A DNA stretch of 64,000 nucleotides from a virus, in IMG/VR virus record IMGVR_UViG_3300048855_000013, positions 1 to 64,000 of that record, one strand, 5' to 3'. The stretch's first letter is position 1; each line of letters opens with the position of its first letter. Positions 53,926 through 62,689 of this stretch are shown piece by piece. Under the pieces are notes generated by a model. It worked only from the letters and a program-made list of their open reading frames with translations, had not been told where the DNA came from and searched no databases. Made by a program: the position numbers and the translations under genes.

Positions 53926-54660
53926 ATGGTTACTACATCCCCCGACGCACTATGGTCGCCTGACGGCAGCGACGGTATCGATGATATCGTTGCAGACCTT
54001 GCGCAGATGCAGAGCACCGCACAGACAGCGCTCAACGGCCTACGTGCCTCTATCGTAGCACCTACGGTAGCCAGTGCAGCTGCCCGTGACGCACTCTATC
54101 CAGCACCCGTACAGGGTAACCGTGTGTTCCGTTCGGACGGCGGCTGGGAAGAGGCATACTACGGACTATATAACGCTAGCACTAACCCTGCTGGTATGAC
54201 TCCTGCCGGATGGTACCCTATTGCGGGTTCCATGCCGAAGTACGCCGCTTGGCGTAACATTTCATCCAACCTAGCCGCTGGTGCGTGGACAACGTGGCAG
54301 TGGATCGCCGGTACGGTTATCGAAAACCGTGGAGGATTCTCCGTCGTTGCAGGTACCCCGACAAACATCGTGGTTCCTTATCGCGGATGGTACGACGTGA
54401 CCTTCAAGCAGGAATGGGTAGCTGGCGCTGCTGGTGACCGATTCCTTCGCGTTGACAGCAACGGTGTCGCACCTTTCAACAGCTTCCAGGGAATCGATCG
54501 ACAGACTGCTTACGCAGATGCCGCTGTAACCAGCATCATGACTGTTCAGATTCACGCAGCGAGCTACATCACTGTGGGAGCCTGGAACACTAACTCTGGT
54601 GGTCTGAATGGTATGAACCCTCAGGTCAACATTACCTTCCGCCAGCCAAGTTCTATCTAA
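53926..54660 (+). CDS. minor tail protein (244 aa)
   Basis: Synteny. Confidence 0.4.
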   Translation: MVTTSPDALWSPDGSDGIDDIVADLAQMQSTAQTALNGLRASIVAPTVASAAARDALYPAPVQGNRVFRSDGGWEEAYYGLYNASTNPAGMTPAGWYPIAGSMPKYAAWRNISSNLAAGAWTTWQWIAGTVIENRGGFSVVAGTPTNIVVPYRGWYDVTFKQEWVAGAAGDRFLRVDSNGVAPFNSFQGIDRQTAYADAAVTSIMTVQIHAASYITVGAWNTNSGGLNGMNPQVNITFRQPSSI

Positions 54661-54673
54661 CCGGAGGCTACAC

Positions 54674-55495
54674 ATGGCGCAATACGCCAACGGTCGCGCT
54701 CCACGTTCCGCACTCGTATCTTATCGAGGCGTCCTAGCTTCTCCTGACATGGCTCGCCGTGTCGCCTGGGCCGAGCGTGAGTACATGCGACGCAACCCAG
54801 GGGGCTTCATCACCCCCAATGAAATCTACCGCACTTACGACGATCAGGTGTACTGGAAGAAGTATTGGTCTGATCGCGGCCTTCCCGGCAATGCCTCTAC
54901 TCCCGGCTACTCCAACCACGGAGACTGGGACATCGGAGCTATCGACTGGAATGCTGACAACATCGGACTACGTGATCAGGTCGCCGCACAGGTTGGCCTT
55001 GTCCGTACTGTGCCGAGTGAAACATGGCACTACGCAGTACGTGGTGCACCTACTGTAGACCTATCCGCATTCGCGGGAGGTAACTACACATCTATCGAAG
55101 AGGACGACATGTACGACGAAAATGCTCGTGTCGAGGTTGTCGGGCGCATGGATCAGAAGATCATCCCGGCCCTCAACACTATCATCGCTATGCTGGGCAA
55201 CGACGACGCTCAGGTGGACCGCATCCTTGATGCCCTTCGCCGCGAGAACCGCCCTCGTGTGTACCAGATCAACCAGCCAGGTAGCAAGCGTCACTCGCTA
55301 GCTGCTGCAATCGACGTAGACCAGGGCTACTACCGCAGCTACGGCTCAGCGGCAGAGCTTGCCAACGATCAGCGCCTCAGCCTTGTTGCACCGGAAACAC
55401 TCCAGGTGACAGAGGCTGAGTTCAATGACCTCTACGCTCGTGCACAGAAGCGCCTAGTGCAGCTGACTACACCGGCAGTAGCTCCGGCTTCCTAA
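54674..55495 (+). CDS. endolysin: M15-family peptidase (VanY-like) plus shared C-terminal module
   Basis: SNHGDWDIGAIDW (SxHxxGxAxD-type M15 motif). C-terminal RENRPRVYQINQPGSKRHSLAAAIDVDQGYY is repeated in the next gene. Confidence 0.55.
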   Translation: MAQYANGRAPRSALVSYRGVLASPDMARRVAWAEREYMRRNPGGFITPNEIYRTYDDQVYWKKYWSDRGLPGNASTPGYSNHGDWDIGAIDWNADNIGLRDQVAAQVGLVRTVPSETWHYAVRGAPTVDLSAFAGGNYTSIEEDDMYDENARVEVVGRMDQKIIPALNTIIAMLGNDDAQVDRILDALRRENRPRVYQINQPGSKRHSLAAAIDVDQGYYRSYGSAAELANDQRLSLVAPETLQVTEAEFNDLYARAQKRLVQLTTPAVAPAS

Positions 55496-56340
55496 TGGTA
55501 TACCCCGGAGCATACCGCGTCGGGAATTCACCTAACCAGTCCCCTCGCCAGCGTTCAGTATCCCAGGTCATCCTCCACCACACCGCCAACGCGGGTAATG
55601 TGGAGGATGTCTGGAATATGTTCATGCAGCCCAACAGCCGCGACGTATCTGCCAACTTCCTTGTTGCGCAGGATGGCCGCGTGTTTGAGGCAGTCAACCC
55701 GGACTCGGGTCGAGCATGGACCTCTGGCTCTGGACCAAATGGTTCGATTAGTCCCGACCACTCAGCCATCACCTTCGAGGTGATGGATGAAGTAGGCGCA
55801 CCGTACTGGACTATCAGCGCTAAGGCAGCAGAGGCTGTCGCTCAGGTCATGGCCTGGGCAGCCAAGCGCTATGGCTTCCAGCTAGTTCGTGGGTCCACTG
55901 TGCGTGGGCACCGTGAGCTACCCGGTCAGTCCACAGCTTGCCCTGGGGCAATGCCAATGGATGACATCACCAACCGGGCCAACGAAATTCTCGCTGGCCC
56001 TAAGCCTCTAACAGAGGAAGAAGAATTGGGACAGGTACTAGATCAGGTTCTCCAGCGCATCGCTGCTGCGGAATCCAAGATCGTCAATGCGGTACAGCGT
56101 GAGAATCGTCCGCGCGTGTACCAGATCAACAAGCCCGGCGATAGCCGACACACAATGGCAGCGGCTATCGATGTTGACCAGGGATACTGGCACACCTATG
56201 GCTCAGCAGCCGAGCTAGAGCGAGACAAGGCACAGAGCCGCGTGGCACCCGAGCTTCTACAGGTATCACCTGAGGAGTTCGATGACCTGCTGGCTGATGC
56301 CAAGGCTCGACTGGCTCAACTAACCAACGACAAGGAGTAA
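55495..56340 (+). CDS. endolysin: N-acetylmuramoyl-L-alanine amidase (amidase_2/PGRP) plus the same C-terminal module
   Basis: ILHHTA...HRELPGQSTACPG. C-terminal RENRPRVYQINKPGDSRHTMAAAIDVDQGYW. Confidence 0.65.
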   Translation: MVYPGAYRVGNSPNQSPRQRSVSQVILHHTANAGNVEDVWNMFMQPNSRDVSANFLVAQDGRVFEAVNPDSGRAWTSGSGPNGSISPDHSAITFEVMDEVGAPYWTISAKAAEAVAQVMAWAAKRYGFQLVRGSTVRGHRELPGQSTACPGAMPMDDITNRANEILAGPKPLTEEEELGQVLDQVLQRIAAAESKIVNAVQRENRPRVYQINKPGDSRHTMAAAIDVDQGYWHTYGSAAELERDKAQSRVAPELLQVSPEEFDDLLADAKARLAQLTNDKE

Positions 56341-56342
56341 CT

Positions 56343-56645
56343 ATGTCACACGTAGCAGTAGAAAGCGTGCAGGACATCTGGTTCAAGGCCCAGCGTGTCC
56401 TGCGCACCGTTGTGCAGGTAGGCATTCCGGCCTTCCTAGCATTCGCAGTGGTGCTCCCTCAGATCATTGAGGCTGCTGGTCTTCCGGTAGACTCTGGACT
56501 GTACATTTGGCTGGTCGCAGTCGCAGCTGGTATCACCGCTGTTGCTGGTGGCCTTGCCCGCATCATGGCGATTCCTCAGGTGAACGCATGGCTAGTCCGC
56601 ATCGGGCTTGGCTCTGTGCCAAAGAGTGCAGTAGAAGCCAGCTAA
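56343..56645 (+). CDS. holin (putative, 2-3 TM)
   Basis: Small protein with hydrophobic helices directly after the lysins. Confidence 0.5.
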   Translation: MSHVAVESVQDIWFKAQRVLRTVVQVGIPAFLAFAVVLPQIIEAAGLPVDSGLYIWLVAVAAGITAVAGGLARIMAIPQVNAWLVRIGLGSVPKSAVEAS

Positions 56646-56650
56646 GCGCC

Positions 56651-57064
56651 ATGATGAATCGTGGCCTACTAGCCGGGGTGTATAGCGTGTCTATACTCCT
56701 CGGCCTAGCCACGCTCTTTTTCCCCTCACCTTCTGTCGAAGGTGCCATCGGATTGACTCTCTCCTACACCTACGGTGCGTTCATCCTAATTGGGGCAATC
56801 GCAGCGTTGGTGGGAGTGATCCTCCCTAACTATAAGATCGAACTAACCGCTCTCTGGGCAGTAGCCGGTGGTTATTTCATCTATGATATTGCTCTCTGGG
56901 CGCTCTTCGCTGAGCGTATCGGGGTGCGTGATGGGCTGCCGCCTCCCTACGGTCCAGCCCTCGCTGTTCTTGTTCTTTCGATCTTCCTGTGCGCAAAGAT
57001 TGCTTTGCTCATCAAGAAGAATCACCAACTGGTAAAGGCTTCCGATAATGGAATTTTGGGTTGA
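56651..57064 (+). CDS. membrane protein (4 TM; second holin or antiholin candidate)
   Basis: ATGATG start after the holin stop. Confidence 0.4.
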   Translation: MMNRGLLAGVYSVSILLGLATLFFPSPSVEGAIGLTLSYTYGAFILIGAIAALVGVILPNYKIELTALWAVAGGYFIYDIALWALFAERIGVRDGLPPPYGPALAVLVLSIFLCAKIALLIKKNHQLVKASDNGILG

Positions 57065-57467
57065 GCTTCTTGCCAGCGGTAATCTTCCTAACCTGCTCAT
57101 CATCGTTGCGATTGCTATTGTAACTGGTGGAACTGGTGCTGCTATCGTTAGTGGCGTCGTTGCCAGTCGTCGTGGCATCAAGGGTGATGCGCTGGTGAAA
57201 GAACAGAATGCTATCAATGGCCTTGGTACACTAACAGAAGGGCAGCAGGGATTCATTACACAGATTACCGCACAGCTAGCTACGGTTGAAGCGAAGGCTG
57301 AGAATCGCATCAAGGAACTCAAGAAGGAACTTGAAGCGAAGAACCTAGTTCTAAGCCACCGCATCGACTCTGAACTACAATACTCTAACTCGCTGATCGT
57401 GCTACTCGCACAGCACGGTATCCCAGCACCACCGCGACCTCTAGTATTGGAGATTGATGACGAATAA
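57048..57467 (+). CDS. membrane-anchored coiled-coil protein (lysis-associated candidate)
   Basis: N-terminal TM helix then coiled coil. Confidence 0.35.
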   Translation: MEFWVELLASGNLPNLLIIVAIAIVTGGTGAAIVSGVVASRRGIKGDALVKEQNAINGLGTLTEGQQGFITQITAQLATVEAKAENRIKELKKELEAKNLVLSHRIDSELQYSNSLIVLLAQHGIPAPPRPLVLEIDDE

Positions 57468-57515
57468 CTTCCCACCGTCTAACGACTAAGTGAGGTGATC
57501 CGGTATCTACAAAGA

Positions 57516-57546
57516 AAGCCCCTGACTTGTAATAAGTCAGGGGCTT
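57516..57546. terminator. bidirectional rho-independent terminator (13-bp stem AAGCCCCTGACTT/AAGTCAGGGGCTT, A-run upstream, T-run downstream) between convergent operons
   Basis: Read directly. Confidence 0.6.
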
Positions 57547-57566
57547 CTTTGTTGCCATATAAGGGT

Positions 57567-57665
57567 TTACCCGAATGGATCATCGTCATCGAAGAACCCA
57601 AGTCCTGCTGCGATGATAAGCATAAGAGCGATGATCGAAGCCATGTAGATTAGTGCAGCAATCAT
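57567..57665 (-). CDS. hypothetical 32-aa hydrophobic peptide
   Basis: ATGA overlap with the upstream phosphoesterase gene. Below the track cutoff. Confidence 0.25.
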   Translation of the reverse strand: MIAALIYMASIIALMLIIAAGLGFFDDDDPFG

Positions 57666-58966
57666 AGGATGCTCAGCGTGTCAAGGATCAGACCGTTGTC
57701 ATCCACCTGGAAGACCAGGAGGCCGGGGCTGGAGTCATTGCCCCACTTGTTGCGCACCCAGCTAGAACCGTTGTCCATCGTTGGTGCCTGAATCCAGAAG
57801 CGAGGCTTGTCGAGCCCGTCCTTGCCAGCGTTGACCTCCTCCATACGGAAGTGGTGGAAGTGACCAGTCAGGAGGATGTCTGCGTCAGCGCTAGCCTGTC
57901 GGCCAAACGCCTGCTTCTTCCACCAGTCCACGATGTTGTTAGGACCATTGACCTGATGACCATGAGCCATCGCGATCTTAGTGCCAGCCACGGTAACTGC
58001 GTTTGTCTCATCCCAGTCGTCAGGGTAGACGAAGGTGACGTGATCGAACGAGGAGTTGAGGCGCATAGCCCTCTCCAGCGTGCGCTTGAGATACAGGCCG
58101 TAGTCATCGCTAGGCTTACCCAGGATGTCCTTGCCCTTACGCCACGCACAGTGGTTGCTGCTGGTGCCTGCGACTAGAACGTCCTCGTGTGCAGCGGCTA
58201 GGACTCGGATGAAGTCGAGTTCGAAGGTGAGTTCGAGGTCAAGCTGCTGGGGGAAGGAGAGGTCGTTGAGGAACTGCTGGGAAGGAACATTCTCGAAAGA
58301 CTCGACTTCATCACCGACAGAAAGGAACGCCGCTTCGGGGGCGGGGTGGGATTCGAGCCAATGAACCAACGCATCTTTTGCTCCACCCATTCGTTCGATG
58401 AGTTCGGGAGTTCCGCCTCGGCTGTCTCGCTTGCCTGTCTGTGGGTCGGCCCAGACAACCACGTTAGCTCGCCCTGATGCAGGTCGCGTAGCCACAGGTC
58501 GAAGCTCTCTTGCTCTGACCTCGGAGAAGAGGAGAGGGAGGTCTTCGACGGTGAGTTCTTCGTTGGTGATGTACTCCGTCTTGAACTTCCAGCTGTGCTT
58601 CCAGCCAGCCTCATCCGACCCCCAGTGACTTTCACTGAGGACGCCAACGATCCGATACTTCTCGGGGTCGCGCCCGAACTTACGGAGGATGTCAGCTGGG
58701 CTGAGGTCTTCAAAGACCTGTGCAGTGATTGTTCCTTCGTCACCTGACTTATCCTCCTTGAAGAACTCGCCCTCTTCGCGTCCGCGTTCGGGTGTTGGCG
58801 TGGTGTAGTTGTATGGGAGTCGGCCACCATTATCTCGTGCAATAGCACGAGCGTCCGTGATCGTAGTCTTACCAACGCCTAGGACTTCGCCCGCTTCGCG
58901 GGACGATAGTCCTGCTACGCTGTTTAGCTGCTCCTGAGTGATGCTGGTGGTCTTACTCTTCGTCAT
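57662..58966 (-). CDS. calcineurin-like metallophosphoesterase
   Basis: GDEVE...GTSSNHC...MAHGHQ...LLTGHFHHF phosphoesterase motifs. Confidence 0.55.
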   Translation of the reverse strand: MTKSKTTSITQEQLNSVAGLSSREAGEVLGVGKTTITDARAIARDNGGRLPYNYTTPTPERGREEGEFFKEDKSGDEGTITAQVFEDLSPADILRKFGRDPEKYRIVGVLSESHWGSDEAGWKHSWKFKTEYITNEELTVEDLPLLFSEVRARELRPVATRPASGRANVVVWADPQTGKRDSRGGTPELIERMGGAKDALVHWLESHPAPEAAFLSVGDEVESFENVPSQQFLNDLSFPQQLDLELTFELDFIRVLAAAHEDVLVAGTSSNHCAWRKGKDILGKPSDDYGLYLKRTLERAMRLNSSFDHVTFVYPDDWDETNAVTVAGTKIAMAHGHQVNGPNNIVDWWKKQAFGRQASADADILLTGHFHHFRMEEVNAGKDGLDKPRFWIQAPTMDNGSSWVRNKWGNDSSPGLLVFQVDDNGLILDTLSIL

Positions 58967-59450
58967 CTGTTTCCTTTGGTTTCGGCCAACCCCGTAGGAT
59001 GGTCGGCATGTGCTTGAAGTTGTGCACTACGTAAGCGATTGCGTGCCTCTGTGCGTCGTTGGCATGTCCGTTTGACACGAGATACCACCCGAAGCGTTTT
59101 AGAGCGTCAGGCACCCCTCTACGGGCCGGAGAGACTAGGGTTTTAGCCATGTCTGGAATCTGCCATACAATTTTGAACCCAGTGATGTTGTTTTGGATGT
59201 CTCGATTGATGAATTTCGGTGTGAAATCCGGTCGCACGACACCGGGTCGCTGGTCGAACTGCTCAGCTACGAGTACAACCTCTTCGCCGGGGTACTTCTC
59301 CTCGTAGAACACGAGGGTGTCTCTGATCTTCCGCCACACATAGTCAGGGTCACCCCACTGTGCGTAAGCTAGACGCTCTGACGCATCCTCTGTGAAACGG
59401 AAGACAGCAACACCCGTCGTGACACCGGGGTCTACAGCCACAACGATCAC
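58953..59450 (-). CDS. RuvC-like Holliday junction resolvase
   Basis: VAVDPGVTTGVAV motif. Confidence 0.6.
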   Translation of the reverse strand: MIVVAVDPGVTTGVAVFRFTEDASERLAYAQWGDPDYVWRKIRDTLVFYEEKYPGEEVVLVAEQFDQRPGVVRPDFTPKFINRDIQNNITGFKIVWQIPDMAKTLVSPARRGVPDALKRFGWYLVSNGHANDAQRHAIAYVVHNFKHMPTILRGWPKPKETDDEE

Positions 59451-59707
59451 TCGTCTGGCCCTTCCTCAACGCCATCGACATCCTCGATACTCACGATGGG
59501 GGTGGTGCGGGTGATCCAATACTCGGGGTGGGTGGTGCTCAAGCTGGCACCCACCTCAAGTCCCTCGATATCCCAGTACCGGTACCACTGGTTGTTCTCC
59601 AGGAACCACCACGGGTTGTCGCGTGCTGGAATCTTGAGCCACAGATGACGTTCCTCATCGATGTAGTAGCGTGAGCCACTCTCAGTTGTCACTTTCTTCA
59701 TCGTCAT
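59447..59707 (-). CDS. hypothetical protein
   Basis: ORF. Confidence 0.4.
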   Translation of the reverse strand: MTMKKVTTESGSRYYIDEERHLWLKIPARDNPWWFLENNQWYRYWDIEGLEVGASLSTTHPEYWITRTTPIVSIEDVDGVEEGPDE

Positions 59708-59906
59708 CCTCCCAAGGCCACGGACCTGTGTATAGGTCCATCTCTGCGGTTAGCAAACGCATGTCTGCTTCATCGCACCAGACACACGGCCCTGCTTCTG
59801 GACGCTCGTCTGTATCGATGTAGTGTTGGATCATCTCACGCTGACGTGAGGTGAGTGTCCGTCCGAAGATGAGTTCGACCTCATCTACATTACTAAAGCT
59901 GCTCAT
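59682..59906 (-). CDS. hypothetical protein
   Basis: ORF. Confidence 0.4.
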   Translation of the reverse strand: MSSFSNVDEVELIFGRTLTSRQREMIQHYIDTDERPEAGPCVWCDEADMRLLTAEMDLYTGPWPWEDDDEESDN

Positions 59907-60166
59907 TTTTGTAGTAGACCAATCTCCTGCTGCATTTTGTGGATACGTTGGTCACTCATAATGAAATGCCCTAGCTTCCCAGCCTCACTCAGCGACCATC
60001 CCATGTTGGGATACTTCTCGCGGAGCGTGGTACGAGGAATGCCCAACGTACGACAGACTTCACGGTATGAAAGTCCCTCAACAAGCATATCATATGCGCG
60101 CGTGAATTGCTCGGGAGTTACACTCGGTGGCCGTCCTGTAGGACGACCAGTTCTCTTACCACCCAT
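59903..60166 (-). CDS. HTH DNA-binding protein
   Basis: LSYREVCRTLGIPRTTLREK helix-turn-helix. Confidence 0.45.
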   Translation of the reverse strand: MGGKRTGRPTGRPPSVTPEQFTRAYDMLVEGLSYREVCRTLGIPRTTLREKYPNMGWSLSEAGKLGHFIMSDQRIHKMQQEIGLLQK

Positions 60167-62301
60167 TAGATTCCCTTCCAGGATTCACCCATCGTAGCCT
60201 CTGTTGCAAAAGGCACTACTCCATTGAATACATAGTCACCCGAAGCGATCATTCGGCCCTGGGTGAAGTCAGCTACCTCTTGTGCGATGTCCGCTCTCAC
60301 GTCCATCAAGATAGCGTCATGGATGGTGGCGATAATCACCGCGTCATCCTGATACATCGTGGTCAGATGATCGTGTACCTCCATAGCAGCCACTACGCAC
60401 AGGTCGCTGGCTGTGGACTGGGGCAGGAACGCCAGACCTGAGTTGATCACGTTCTGACGGTTACGCCCTGTGATCAGTTCGCTCTGGAATGTGCGCCCGA
60501 ACGGGGTGATCAGATCACCCTGGAGGTCTAGCACCTTGGCGGTGACAGTCTGTCGCCACTCGTAGAACTCGGGTGCCGCGTTGAAGTAGTTCGTGATGAT
60601 GCGCTGGGCATCTCGCGTTGGCATCTTCAACTCCTGGCCGATGGCAAATGCCTGGCGACCGTAGGACAGGCCGTAGATCACAGCCTTGAGCTTGGCTCGC
60701 AGATTCTTCTTCGTGCCCTTATCGATCTTGTCGAAGTCCACGTTGGGGTAAGCAACAGGCATCAGCGAGTCGAAGAAGTCAGGCATCCCCGGTTGGAACA
60801 GACTGATGAGGTACTCATCCTCAGAGAGACAGGCCATCACACGAAGCTCAGCCTGACTGTAGTCCACTGACACCAGCACTCGATCCTCTGCACGAGGGAT
60901 GAAGGTGCGGCGGATGCTCATCATCTCAGTGTTGTCATCGTCAGGATCACGAGGTTGGTTCTGAATGTTCGGCTTGCTGCTGGACAGACGCCCGGTGTTA
61001 GTGCCCTGTACGTGGAACGTCGGGTACACCATGTTGCCGTTGCGGATGTGCTTCTTCAAGCCGTAAGCGTAGGTACCATCCATCTTGACGAATCCACGGA
61101 CATCGAGCAAGTTGTCGATGAACGACTGCACAGTGCCGGTGACCTGAGGTCGAAGCTCTTCGAGCACCTTCTCTGCTGTGGACTCTACCTTGATCCCGGC
61201 AGAGAGCAACGCTTCCTTGACCTGCTTTGGAGAGTTCGGATTGAACGTGTCGCTTCTCGTGATCTTCTGTAGCTCAGCAAGACTCTCTGCCTTCTTGCTC
61301 GAAAAGAATTCGTGTAGGACTTCAATGTACTCCAAATCAACAGCCGCACCATTCATCTCGATGTCCTGAAACAGATTCACCATCTTGAATTCGTGGAGGG
61401 CTAGCTTAGTTGTGCGCTCATCTACTAGCTTGGATAGGTACTGTAGCAGATGCCATGTCCAGTATACGTCGTAGGCGTTGTACTTGTACAGTACGTCACG
61501 GGGAATCTGAGCGAAGTCAGGGTTGCCCTTCTTGAGGTACTTCTTCTGATCCTTCTCCCACTCAGGTGCCCCTAGAAAGTGGCGGCAGGACTCCTTGAGC
61601 TTGAACTCGCCTAGTCCTGGGAACAGAGTGTGCAACAGAATCATGGTATCGAGGTGACCGTAGACATTGATACCTAGCAACGCGCCGAGCGAACGAAAGT
61701 CAAACTTCATGTTATGAGCAATGAGCTTGCGCCCACTCTTGAGGATGCGAATGATCTGCTCGATAGTCTCGGCAGTCTGTAGGCTCTCCTCACAGAACAC
61801 ATAGATATTCTTCCCGTCATTGATACCGATGCTTAGCAGCGGCTTCTCTTCGGGGTTGAGGGAGTCGTAATCCTTGCCGTTCGAAGACGTTTCGATATCG
61901 ATTACGATGTGCTGGCCTAGAGCCCGCTCCTGTGCAGGAGAGAGCAGACTCACCACCGTGTATTCCATCGGCGCATAGACTGGGGGATGGTACAGCAGTT
62001 CAAGCGCTGCTCGGACCTCTGTCATCGGTGATGCCTTGGTCATGATCTGACCCTGACTGATCGTGGTGACGTAGTTCCAGCCCTGTAGCTCTTCGGTGTG
62101 CTCGTGCTTGTGGCCGAAGGCCAGCACCCGTGTGCTTCTAGGAAGCTTCGGGTGCCAGACCACGACCTCGGTCTTCATGAACTCATCCCACTGCTCATCG
62201 TTCATACCGTTGTCGTAGAACTGGCGCAGCAAGTTGTAGAAGAACTGCTGGACAAGCGGACGAAACTTCGCCTCTTCGAAGTAGAGCGCTAGCTCAGGCA
62301 T
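60166..62301 (-). CDS. polA: DNA polymerase I (family A)
   Basis: Motif A DYSQAELRVMA plus C-terminal motifs. 711 aa. Confidence 0.85.
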   Translation of the reverse strand: MPELALYFEEAKFRPLVQQFFYNLLRQFYDNGMNDEQWDEFMKTEVVVWHPKLPRSTRVLAFGHKHEHTEELQGWNYVTTISQGQIMTKASPMTEVRAALELLYHPPVYAPMEYTVVSLLSPAQERALGQHIVIDIETSSNGKDYDSLNPEEKPLLSIGINDGKNIYVFCEESLQTAETIEQIIRILKSGRKLIAHNMKFDFRSLGALLGINVYGHLDTMILLHTLFPGLGEFKLKESCRHFLGAPEWEKDQKKYLKKGNPDFAQIPRDVLYKYNAYDVYWTWHLLQYLSKLVDERTTKLALHEFKMVNLFQDIEMNGAAVDLEYIEVLHEFFSSKKAESLAELQKITRSDTFNPNSPKQVKEALLSAGIKVESTAEKVLEELRPQVTGTVQSFIDNLLDVRGFVKMDGTYAYGLKKHIRNGNMVYPTFHVQGTNTGRLSSSKPNIQNQPRDPDDDNTEMMSIRRTFIPRAEDRVLVSVDYSQAELRVMACLSEDEYLISLFQPGMPDFFDSLMPVAYPNVDFDKIDKGTKKNLRAKLKAVIYGLSYGRQAFAIGQELKMPTRDAQRIITNYFNAAPEFYEWRQTVTAKVLDLQGDLITPFGRTFQSELITGRNRQNVINSGLAFLPQSTASDLCVVAAMEVHDHLTTMYQDDAVIIATIHDAILMDVRADIAQEVADFTQGRMIASGDYVFNGVVPFATEATMGESWKGI

Positions 62302-62689
62302 TCAGCCTCCTATAGATAGTGGTGCGTGACATCAGAGTGAGGTCAGCAATAGTGTTGACGCTGGTGCCATGCTCCACCATGTCCTTGAGCCACTCCGTTG
62401 CTGCCTTGCGTGAGCCAGTCAGCAGGTAAGTGAGGTAGTCCAAGTGTGCCGGGTTTAGCTTTCCCCGAGCCTCCGGTCGGTTTGGGCCAACAGCTTTACG
62501 TACGCGGCTCTTCGTGGTGCCCACGACTGCCGCGATGGCTGCGATACTAAGCACTCCAAAGGAGTTTAGCTTTCGTATCGCAGCCACCTGGAGGGACTTA
62601 TCGAGTTCATTGAAGAGCCTATTTTGATAGGCAGACTTTGCTGCCATGAGCAGCCGTAGCCGCTCTTCAATCAGATCATCTGGAGACAT
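62294..62689 (-). CDS. HTH DNA-binding protein
   Basis: C-terminal VNTIADLTLMSRTTIYRRL HTH. Confidence 0.4.
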   Translation of the reverse strand: MSPDDLIEERLRLLMAAKSAYQNRLFNELDKSLQVAAIRKLNSFGVLSIAAIAAVVGTTKSRVRKAVGPNRPEARGKLNPAHLDYLTYLLTGSRKAATEWLKDMVEHGTSVNTIADLTLMSRTTIYRRLNA

